From NCBI GenBank assembly GCA_951406725.2, contig OX597814.1, forward strand, positions 36,146,001 through 36,210,000: a DNA stretch of 64,000 nt. The letters are read 5' to 3'. This DNA is from Octopus vulgaris. Lineage: Eukaryota. Shown here in pieces: positions 54,412-64,000 of the stretch. Under the pieces are notes generated by a model that did not search any database, had not been told where the DNA came from, and saw only the letters and a list, made by a program, of their open reading frames with translations. The number at the start of each line of letters is the position of its first letter. Positions within the stretch are counted from its first letter, which is position 1. The translations under genes were made by a program, and so were the position numbers.

Positions 54412-54782
54412 CACAAGCTGAAAGTGTCTTTACAGGGCTTCTGTCGAACAGGAATCAGACAGTACTAATTCTTCAAAACCTGTAATCAGTGTCATTATTG
54501 TATTGTCAATGAAAAGCAGCAAGCTTGATTTTAGTGAAAAAGCAGCCATGTTAAATAGTCTTAATCCTATGAGCTTGGATTTGGTCACATGACATTGTCA
54601 TACAAAAAACAAATACTGTTATAAAATGATGGTGCTATAATAATCACACAAGATGTGCTTGGCTAGAAGTAAGCTTCTTTACTTTGGTTTTATTGATCTC
54701 TGGAAAAGGCCTTTGCAAACGTTACATAGATTGCTGTATGGTGGTCACTAAGAAAACAGAGTAAATGGTTTGTGAGAGCTAT

Positions 54783-55030
54783 GGAAGCATGTGGCTTCAT
54801 GGTTAAGGTGTTGGACTCAATATTGTATGATTGTGGTTTCACTTCCTGGACTAGTATATGCATTGAGCTCTTGAGCTAAATGCCTCATTTTATGTTACTT
54901 CAATCCACTCAGCTGATAATAGTGAGTATTTCTGCAATGAACCACAATCTCATCTGGAGGGGAGAGGTTAATTACATAAGAAAATACAGGAAACTGGCTC
55001 CACGAATCTATATGACTTAGGAAAGGGCTT
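54783..55030 (+). mobile_element. SINE family C, decayed
   Basis: Colinear with 28334-28581. Flanked by the direct repeat TTTGTGAGAGCTATG (54768-54783 and 55029-55043), a probable target-site duplication. Confidence 0.7.
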
Positions 55031-55349
55031 TGTGAGAGCTATGCAAGTCATGTACTGAAATGATCTCAGCTACTTGAGGAATCCTGTAAAACAGTCACAA
55101 GCTTAGGGAGGAAAATTGAAGTATGATTGAGAATTGACAGACTTCAAAGTAAATTTAGGAAAGACTAAAGAAGACAGCATTCTACAGATGCTGTGAAAGT
55201 AGTCATGCCCCATATGAAGATTAGAAGTAGGAATTCTATATTGTGTACCCACTTTAAAAAAAGGAAGCATAAAATGTGTAGCAAAATCATAAGCAGGCTG
55301 TTAGGGTAGGTATGTTTTGTGTTTGGAATATTCACAGGAGTAGTAAATA

Positions 55350-55566
55350 CTAAGGGGTACTGAAAAGTTCTTGACTTTAAGGGTATTATAAAAGACCTGA
55401 TTGGAGGCCTAGCCTTCTCAGTTCTTTTACAGGGTATAGACAAACTGAAGGATGGCTGCAATAGGTGTGTGAATCTGAGAGGGGAATATGTTGAATAAAA
55501 TCATAATTGACTGATCCTCCTGTATTTTCTTTTACCTAAAGTCAAGAACTTTTCAGTACTCCTTCC
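55350..55566 (+). mobile_element. Mariner-derived MITE
   Basis: TIRs GTACTGAAAAGTTCTTGACTTTA/TAAAGTCAAGAACTTTTCAGTAC. Internal transposase C-terminus GIDKL..RCVNLRGEYVE*. A lone TIR fragment is at 4321-4350. Confidence 0.8.
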
Positions 55567-55759
55567 TATAAGATTATGAATAAGATAAATTCCTTTAAAT
55601 GTTAAGGAGGTTCCTTAGCAGTAGTTAATAGCTTTTGCTGTCAAGATGATTTAATTAGCTTTGAAGGTATCTTTCCAAAGGCAATTTTCAGAATAAGAAT
55701 AAGATGCAAAGAATTCAGAGATATTAATTGCTCTATTAGCAACAAAATATTTCTCTCTG

Positions 55760-56200
55760 AGAGTGAAAGAAAAATTGTGCGATGTTTGTGCATAAAGTAC
55801 AACTGAAATGAAGTTCTTTCTCTAGGATATGTAATGTTGGTATGCTTGAAGAAAAGAACTCAAATGGGCTGAAACAAAAGCTGGCTGTAAGAGGAATTAA
55901 ATGTAATGTGGAAAAGAGACCACTACATTGGTATGGGTATACGATACATATGGAAAGTGAAAGTTGTATGATGATGATGGACCTAGAGCTCCAAGAAAAT
56001 AGAACCTGTGGAAGAGGAAGGCCTATAAATATATAGGACGAAGTCATAAAGATTGATCTTAAGAAGCTGAACAACATGAAGCTGAGTAACCTAAAGACCA
56101 CAATATGTGGCAAAGTGTTATATTGGACAGAATCCATTTAATTTATATAATCATAAGGAAATGGATGCAAAAAATGGAAATAATGTTAATGATAAATGTT
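55760..56200 (+). pseudogene. RTE LINE ORF C-terminus and 3' end
   Basis: KRPLHWYGYTIHM..GRGRP, like RLRWYGHV..GRGRP. Confidence 0.7.
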
Positions 56201-56538
56201 GGTATGTGTAATATCTATATTCAGGCCTTTCCTGACTATTACCCTCTAATACATACACTCTACCCCTATTTTCTTATTCTTTCATGTATCATTCAACCTT
56301 CTTCTGCCTTTGTGTCTCCCTAGATTATCCCTCTCATCTATCCATGTAAAAAGAGTTTGCGTCTAGTTTGATCTGTTCATATTCATTCACTCCTTAACAC
56401 TGTTAATTGCTAACCATCATTTAGTCTCCCTTCCATTATTCACTTCCCCGTGACTCATTAGTCATATCTACCATTTACAATTTCTTTACTATGATCCACC
56501 TTTGCTCTTCTCCACAATATTTTGTGATTATTACTTAA

Positions 56539-56747
56539 CCCTTTCGTTACTGAATTTATTTTGAGATGCTCAGTGTTTCTTCCAATTATGTAAAATAAAA
56601 CAAAGAATTAAGTAAAATAACATCGTTATCATTAAGCTAGAGTTAGGGACATAAATTGTGACTAAGGTTTTAATTCAGAACTTTTGAAAACCAGACATTT
56701 GTACTAAAGAGCCAGAGCCGGTTTCAGCCGGGTTGGTAATGAAAGAC
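56539..56747 (+). mobile_element. piggyBac-like MITE
   Basis: TTAA-CCCTTTCGTTAC; colinear with 39249-39469. Confidence 0.8.
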
Positions 56748-57625
56748 TGAGTAGAATATCCAAGTGCGTCAAATATTCAAATGCAATGTCATAATCTGAG
56801 TAGAAAATTTATAAGTTTCAAAGTATTAATCCCCAAGCATTCTCTTTCTCCCTCATGTTGAATGAAATGTTTCCTGGACAGTTGACCTTGACAGCAGTTT
56901 TGACGAGAATGCTAACAGCATCTATCCTAAAACAAAGGGATGTACTCAGTGTCAGAGTTCTGATGTTAATAATTCACCAAGATATAACAATAAAAAGTTT
57001 GACAAAGAACATTTATGTAACAGATAAAATAACTGGGTGTTCAATATAGCATATACAAAGTTACTTTAACTGCTGTAGGTTAATGGGTTCTTCGATTTTT
57101 CAAGCTAAAATCCATTTTGTCTTCTTCTCAGTCATATAGCACTGACTGTCCTGCCAAATATCTTGCTATACACAAATACACACACATATGTATTTATATA
57201 TCAAAAGTTTATTCATTCTAGTAGTTTCATATTTCTTTATAATGCTGTTATCACCACAGTCATAAATATATTTATATATTTATCCCAGGATAGGTTTTCA
57301 TGGATGGCATTGTATACTGTTCACTGAAAACATGGCATATAGAAAAATAATATAAGAAAAATAATATGAGAAAAATAATATAAGAAATTGGGATTGCAGC
57401 TGATAATATGTGCAATATCTTCCACAAATATACGATAGAGACTTCCTATCTCATATTCATTAAGTATTTTATAGCTATCACTTGCATTTGGATTGAAAGG
57501 ATATATATATATATATGTATATGTATATATATGTATACATATGTATATATATATGCATATATATATGTACATATATGTATGTATATATATGTATATGTAT
57601 GTATATATATGTATATGTATGTATA

Positions 57626-57668
<43 letters not shown>

Positions 57669-58689
57669 CAAAATAAGCAACAAGAATATCCAGAGGTAAT
57701 GCAGTATGATCGTTGCATATATATGTATACATGTATGTGTATGTATATATATATATGTATATGTATGTACATGTATGTGTGTGGGCATGTGTGTACATAT
57801 ATATGTATATATATATGTGTGTGTGTGTGTATACATATATATATGCATATATATATATATGCATATAAATACATATATACACACACGCATGCACACACAC
57901 ACACACACACATGCACATGTACATATTTCTTATCTTTCAATTCTTTGAATTCTTCCAATAAAGAAAGAACTGGTTTCTAACTAAAAAATGAAAATTGAAG
58001 TTAGTTTTCCATATTTTCTTTTCTTTTTGCTTTGTAGATTGAAGTTACAGTACATGACAGCACATGATAATTTTCTTTCCGTTCCCAAATAGCTATGTCT
58101 GGCATTTGGCAAAAGTTTTCGATGGTAATGTTTTACCAATATTCTTTGTGTAAATGCATACATAACTGCATGGATACATACATGCACATGTCTAGACATG
58201 CAACTATATGCATGAGAAGATATACATAAACCAAAACACAAATCTTCACATGCACTGACTCCAAATAGTGCACACATACATGCATAGAAGAAATAGCTTG
58301 CTGAAGTTGTTGAAATTCCACTGAAGGACCTTGGATCTAGTTTAGAAACTGGTCCTTTCTCTATTGGCAAGAAATTTTGAAATAAAACAGAATAATAGCA
58401 GCATACATGCATGTACATATATATACATACATATATGTATGTGTGTGTGAATTATTCAACAAACACATCTTTTGCAGTTACTAACCACATGTCTAATATC
58501 TTCCACAGAAGTAAGATATATTCAATATACTCTATAGCATCTTAGGGAATTAAGGATTTCACTGATCCATTTGTTCATCAAGTTATTTCATGGCTATCTC
58601 ATGCTCATGGATTGTAAAAGCCTAATCTTTAGAGGTGGCACAGTGCCTTAGTCATTAGTCAAAAAGAGGCAAAAACCTCACATTGATAT

Positions 58690-59115
58690 TGGTTTCAAAT
58701 TTTGGCATAAGGTCAACAATTACAGAAGAAAGGGCAAGATGATTGCATCGACCCCAGTGCTCAACTAGTACTTATTTAACTGACTCGGAACGCATGAAAG
58801 GTAAAGTTGACCGTAGTGGAATTTGAATTCAGAACTTAAAGATGAACAAAATACTGTTAAGCATTTTGCTTGGTGTACTAATGACTCTGCTAACTTTCAG
58901 CTTTACATTTCATGTTAATATTATGGTTATCTCAAAGATGGTGAGCTGGCAGAATCATTAACTGCATTTCATAAATCTTTATGCTCTGAGTTTAAGTTCC
59001 ATTGAGGTCTACTTTACGTTTCATCCCTTTTGGAGGTCAATAAAATAAGTACCAGTTGAGCAATGGGGTCGATGTAATTGACTTACTCCTGGCCTTGTCC
59101 TAAAATGTGAAATCA
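58690..59115. mobile_element. Two family D SINEs head-to-head (58690-58900 minus, 58938-59115 plus)
   Basis: CATCGACCCCAGTG versus GGGGTCGATGTAAT. Head GATGGTGAGCTGGCAGAATC. Confidence 0.7.
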
Positions 59116-59419
59116 AGATTACTGTAATCTCTGGATTTATGAAACACATACCCGTGCCTATTTAGTAGTATGTAGAGTGTCTGTCTTTTAGAATTTTGTT
59201 AGGATATGCAGGTCTTACAATACTGAGTACTCATAAAAGGTGAAGTGAGTACTTTTCGAGAAGTTTATGACTGACCGGCAAGCTGTTGAACTGTTTATTT
59301 TAGTGCACTTGGATTTTGTATATATTTTTGCTGCCATTGTTTAGCAGAAGCCCTCTGAGTGAAACCATACGACATTCAGATGCTCTTTGCACAGATACGT
59401 TCCTCTCTGTTTTCTTTTT

Positions 59420-59729
59420 TTTTTTGTCACCCTTTTCAAGCCTAGCCAGGCTCATGGGCCTGGTTTCCCGGTTTCTGTGGTGTATGTGTTCCCCCCAGCT
59501 GGATGGGATACCAGTCCATCACAGCATTACTCAAAAAAACAAGAAGAGAGAGTGAGAGAAAATTGTTGCAAAAGAGTACAACAGGGGTCGCCACCACTTC
59601 CTGCTGGAGCCTCGTGGAGCCTTTAGGTGTTTTCGCTCAATAAACACACACAACGCCCGGTCTGGGAATCGAAACCGCGATCCTCCGACCGCAAGTCCGC
59701 TGCCCTTACCACTGGGCCATTGCACCTCC
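59420..59729 (-). mobile_element. SINE family B (full length)
   Basis: Reverse complement of 14099-14430. Confidence 0.88.
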
Positions 59730-60424
59730 ACCTCTGTTTTCTTATATGGTAGAAAATGTCAATATTGCTGTTTCTATGCAAGCATGTAGTTGATGTCAAA
59801 CTCTTGTGAGTTATAATGTCAATTGAGTGGATTTTCAAAATTTACCATTTAAGTACATCCCAAATGATGGTATCAGTACTAGTAGTCTAAATACTTGTAG
59901 GTGGAAGATTCTGGCTACTATATTCTTTTTAGTCTGGTATAACATTTGTTTACCTTATCTTTGTTGACAATACTTACGAATGATAAATTTTCCAGCAATA
60001 AAAATATGTTGCTCTCATTGTGTGGAACAGAGGAGAGAGAAAGACTGTTGATGCAAAGCTTCTGGATTTGGGAAATAGTTTTCTGCATTCAGCTATTAAT
60101 ATGAACGTTTCTTTTGGACAAATTCCATCTCTATCACAGCAGAAAATGTTACTAAATCCAGTTGTTTCTCAGTGTCTTATTGCTTATAAAATTCTAATGT
60201 GACGGATACATGCCTACATGTGTGTACATGAGTATGTATTCCAAAATTTTTTTAGCAGAAGATTTCTAGAATTTAAGCATCATAAGTAATGATTTTTTGT
60301 GAAAAAAAAGTTTTTTTCAAAATTTTGTTTTCTTTACCTTTCTTCATTTTTTTTTTGCATTGAGTTAGATGTAACTGACCTTAACATTTTCATTTTCAAA
60401 TTGTTTTCTTTTTTTCTTTAATCT

Positions 60425-60808
60425 TTTACTAGTTTCAGTCATTTGAATGCTGCCATGCTGGAGCACCACCTTTAGTTGAACAAATCGATGCCAGGACTTA
60501 TTCTTTGTAAGCCTAGTACTAATTCAATCAGTCTCTTTTGCTGAGCTGCAAAGTTATGGGGATGTAAACATGCCAGCATCAGTTGTCAAGCAATTGTGAG
60601 AGCACAAACACAGACACAAAAATTCACGCACACACAAACACACATATACATATATATATATAAAACAAGCTTCTTTCAGTTTCCGTCTACCAAATCCACT
60701 CACAAAGCTTTGGTTGGCCCGAGACTATAGTAGAAGACACTTGCCCAAGGTACCAAGCAGTGGGACTGAACCACTGCAAGCTACTTATCACACAGCTACT
60801 CTTGTGCC
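60425..60808 (-). mobile_element. SINE family A
   Basis: Reverse complement of the family A sequence with a small deletion in the head. Confidence 0.85.
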
Positions 60809-61199
60809 TTGGAAACTTCTTTTTAGAATTATGTTTTAAACACAGGATATTGTGATTCTAACAACAAATAATGATAGGATTAAGGGTTAAAGATTATGGA
60901 TTAATACTTTAGTGCAAGATTAAGTTTTGGCATTTAGGATTTAGTGTTACGATTTGGATTTTGTGTTAAATAGAGTAACAACATTCAAAATATTATATAT
61001 GAAAAAACTGTTTTAGATTTTTTGCAGAATCTAATGGTTATGTCTAAAACAGAAGCAAAAAGAAATATATATTTCTGAAAAAAAAAAGAAAAATCTATAT
61101 GGTTACTTGCTATAATTTAAATTACATTGGGACATTAATATCAGTTCACTGTGTTTGCAGTCTGAGCAACACTGAGTAATTTGGCTAGTTGTAAATAAT

Positions 61200-61790
61200 T
61201 TTAGAGCATAGATCTGGAGATCATATACAAAGAAACTGCGGGTTATATTACTATCTCTTGCTATTGTAAACTCTTGCAGATGAGCAGTGAATTTTCATAA
61301 AAGAAATAACTGTGAATTAGGTGCCAAAATAAACAGAAGCACAAGCAGACTGTAACTTTGACATATTCCTTTTGAAATATTCGAACATCAGAGACAATTT
61401 TCTACTTTCAGTTCCAAGTGCAAGGATTGTTAACCAGATCTTTGTAAGACATTCAGTAGCAGCAGTAGCAGCACCTGATGCAGCAAAAGCTTTTGCCAAC
61501 TGTAGTGACTTCAGCAGCCATGAATAGGATACTGAATTGAATGTTTTTCTGTAATCAAGCCATATTGTCACAAGGTTTCTGCAGTGTTTATTACTTCCGA
61601 CAGCACAGCGTTATATCCAAGAAGTTCTATGACACATTTTCACATTTCCTTCTAACTACCAGCTCAACAATCACTGTCTTTATATATTTTTATCTAAAGA
61701 AGTCTATGATGACACACCAAATAAATTCTTATTGTCATAAAGGTATGAGTAGGTAAAAATTTTGCGACACCTGACATCAGTGATTAACTA
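61200..61790 (-). pseudogene. R4/Dong-like LINE RT fragment
   Basis: IWLDYRKTFNSVSYSWLLKSL (like WIDYKKAFDSVPHSWI), with decayed GIFQG and LYMDD regions downstream. Confidence 0.65.
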
Positions 61791-61794
61791 CTAT

Positions 61795-61836
<42 letters not shown>

Positions 61837-61934
61837 TAATTGTCATCATTGTTATCACTGCTTAACATCTGTTTTTGATGCTGTATATACATATATATAA
61901 TACATATGTATATGGATGTATGTATATCTATCTG

Positions 61935-61974
<40 letters not shown>

Positions 61975-61975
<1 letters not shown>

Positions 61976-62116
61976 TGTTGTGTCTGGGAGAGTAATTTTC
62001 TTTTGTGCCTTATAATATAACACACTCACCGGTAAAATTTCCACTTTTTTCTTATTTTTATTTATGTGTTATATTATAAGGCACGAAAAGAAAATGACTC
62101 TCCCCAGACACATCAG
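61975..62116. repeat. Inverted repeat, arms of about 50 bp and a 40-bp spacer, between (TA)n tracts
   Basis: 61975-62024 pairs with 62065-62116 with few mismatches. Confidence 0.85.
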
Positions 62117-62172
62117 AATATGCTTCAACACATGAATTCATATAAACAATCTTGCAAACCAAATCCCAAAAC

Positions 62173-62231
<59 letters not shown>

Positions 62232-62262
62232 GTATATATATATGTGTGTGTGTGTGTGTGTA

Positions 62263-62309
<47 letters not shown>

Positions 62310-62538
62310 CATAGGGAGAGGCTATGAGAGGTAATGGTGTCAATGAGACCCAATAGTGTCAGGTAATGCTGAGTAAATGCTATGGACAGACCATAGTTAA
62401 GCTCCAGGTTCGGTGATTATGTGAATAAGGAGTCCATTGTATGTCATATATCAGCATGTGTATATATAAAAAAGTGTTTTTTCAGAATGAGATAAAAAAC
62501 CAAGGCTGTGAAGATTTTAGAACATTTACAAATAGAAG

Positions 62539-62586
62539 GTCTTACAGCTGTTTCCAGGATATTTTTTATATCCCTTCATTGGAGGC
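62539..62586 (-). ncRNA. Type I hammerhead motif, core mutated, in a decayed pseudo-LTR (about 62470-62880)
   Basis: Minus strand CCAATGA-AGGGATAT(AAAA)ATATCCTG-GAAAC-AGCT-GTA-AGAC. Confidence 0.55.
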
Positions 62587-62906
62587 GGTGTGAGAAAATG
62601 GTTAAGCAATAGTTAATTTAGATAAGATATGAAATAGAGAGTGAAGTGGAGGAATGAAAATAGATGTGAGATATGCAGGGATATTGCATTTGTAGATCCA
62701 TTATTTAGGCAGAATGGTATACATATAAGATTTCAATACCTTCTGAGTAAACTCCAATAGTATTTAAAATTGGTCATTCCAAGTATAGAGTTTGTATTTA
62801 GTGCTATTAAATCAAGGGTTTATTTAAAGTGACCTAAAAGTAGGGAATGTATTTGTAAGGTCAAATCGAAAACAGGAAGAGAGGAATAAAGAAAAAAAAA
62901 GAAAAC

Positions 62907-63042
62907 CATCATCATCATCATCATCGTTTAACGTCCGCTTTCCATGCTAGCATGGGTTGGACAATTTGACTGAGGTTTAGCAAACCAGATGGCTGCACCA
63001 GACTCCAATCTGATCAGGCAGAGTTCCTACAGATGGATGCCC
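62907..63042 (-). mobile_element. Family E RTE-tail 3' end
   Basis: (CAT)n-CGTTTAACGTCCGCTTTCCATGCTAGCATGGG. Confidence 0.75.
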
Positions 63043-63075
63043 TATATAGATAGATCGATAGATAGATAGATATAC

Positions 63076-63119
<44 letters not shown>

Positions 63120-63125
<6 letters not shown>

Positions 63126-63648
63126 TTAAGGGTAGAAATTGATATTTATCAATTAAGACCAGTGGTCTAGCATATTAAAGAATCCGAAGATTAAAATATT
63201 TATATATACCAATTAAGGACTGAACACGAAAAGTGGACAGTCAACATGCTAGATATAGACGTCAAATCGTCATTCTCCACAAAAGATTATGTTCTCAGAT
63301 CAAACTCAACACAAAACCATAGCAATAAACAAGTGAAAAATATACGAAATAAAATAATTACCCATGTACTAACTTAGTTTCAGCTGAAACTAAGTTAGTA
63401 CATGGGTAATTATTTTATTTCGTATATTTTTCACTTGTTTATTGCTATGGTTTTGTGTTGAGTTTGATCTGAGAACATAATCTTTTGTGGAGAATGACGA
63501 TTTGACGTCTATATCTAGCATGTTGACTGTCCACTTTTCGTGTTCAGTCCTTAATTGGTATATATAAATATTTTAATCTTCGGATTCTTTTAATATGCTA
63601 GACCACTGGTCTTAATTGATAAATATCAATTTCTACCCTTAATTAATT
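63120..63648. repeat. 529-bp spacerless near-perfect palindrome
   Basis: Arms 63120-63383 and 63384-63648, centre CAG|CTG. One 1-nt indel in an A/T run was seen by eye. Confidence 0.95.
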
Positions 63649-64000
63649 TTATATAAATAAATGTTCTCTAACCGATAAATTAACTGCTGCTAATTATTAG
63701 CTGCAGGCTAGTTTTCTCGGTCTCAACGCGCCAAAGTAAAGGCATTTGAAAGATATATTCAAATGTAATAGGCTGAACTCCATGCACGCGATATTTCGGT
63801 ATCGTGTTTGCATTTAGTCCAGCAAATTACATTTATAACGGACCATGCTGATGATGGCTGCAGTTTTCCTTGCGGAAAATAACAGCTGAAACTAAGTTAG
63901 TACATGGGTAATTATTTTATTTCGTATATTTTTCACTTGTTTATTGCTATGGTTTTGTGTTGAGTTTGATCTGAGAACATAATCTTTTGTGGAGAATGAC
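63381..64000 (+). repeat. 502-bp period direct repeat (HHR-bearing monomer), runs off the window
   Basis: 63883-64000 is identical to 63381-63498. Confidence 0.9.
63843..63907 (+). ncRNA. Type I hammerhead ribozyme, intact consensus
   Basis: Stem I CCATG/CATGG, CTGATGA, stem II GGCTG..TTTTCC/GGAAAA..CAGCT, GAAA, quasi-palindromic stem III CTAA-G-TTAG and a GUA cleavage site at 63900-63902. Confidence 0.85.

Larger units (their letters stand above)
50093..54607 (-). mobile_element. Decayed Ty3/Gypsy LTR retrotransposon with candidate LTR remnants
   Basis: Minus strand KPHGDLRICAD (about 52385-52417), SDDICTGG (about 52081-52104), ILVDTCPVWPEV (about 50965-51000) and IFAMNRIPHRMV, in RT-RH-IN order. 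Diverged direct repeats at 50093-50198 and 54504-54607. Confidence 0.75.

Noticed and set aside
56850-57170. Protein-like short frames and splice-like sites
   Set aside because: Most candidate exons contain stops in every frame, and the one short open candidate has a weak donor and no recognisable product.
57321-57980. Long ORFs rich in YI, CV or TH dipeptides here and at 12.8k, 28.6k, 40.3k, 44.6-45.4k and 62.1k
   Set aside because: They are translations of TA/TG/CA/TCTA microsatellites that lack stop codons, not genes.

Overview
AT-rich, microsatellite-dense eukaryotic DNA made almost entirely of transposable elements. The SINE repertoire and composition point to an octopus or other coleoid cephalopod genome, which is an inference from recall and not from a search. 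No host gene could be established, and most ORFs in the supplied track are microsatellite or SINE artefacts. The main coding feature is a 5'-truncated Penelope-like retroelement (PLE) at 32478-35100 that is intact apart from one frameshift. It has DKG, RT (YLDD), a Cys-rich linker, GIY-YIG and a 3' hammerhead ribozyme (HHR). Also present are decayed Naiad-type PLEs, two DD37D (maT) elements, a DD34D mariner fragment, two decayed Ty3/Gypsy elements, RTE, R4/Dong and CR1/L2-type LINE fragments, non-autonomous Helitrons, piggyBac-like and mariner-like MITEs and several tRNA-SINE families. The most striking pattern is 7-9 minimal type I HHR motifs in PLE-derived non-coding units that mostly sit in (TA)n tracts and repeatedly form inverted or fold-back structures. 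Examples are a 335-bp HHR mini-element with perfect 44-bp terminal inverted repeats and a 529-bp spacerless palindrome centred inside the ribozyme. Boundaries of decayed elements are approximate.
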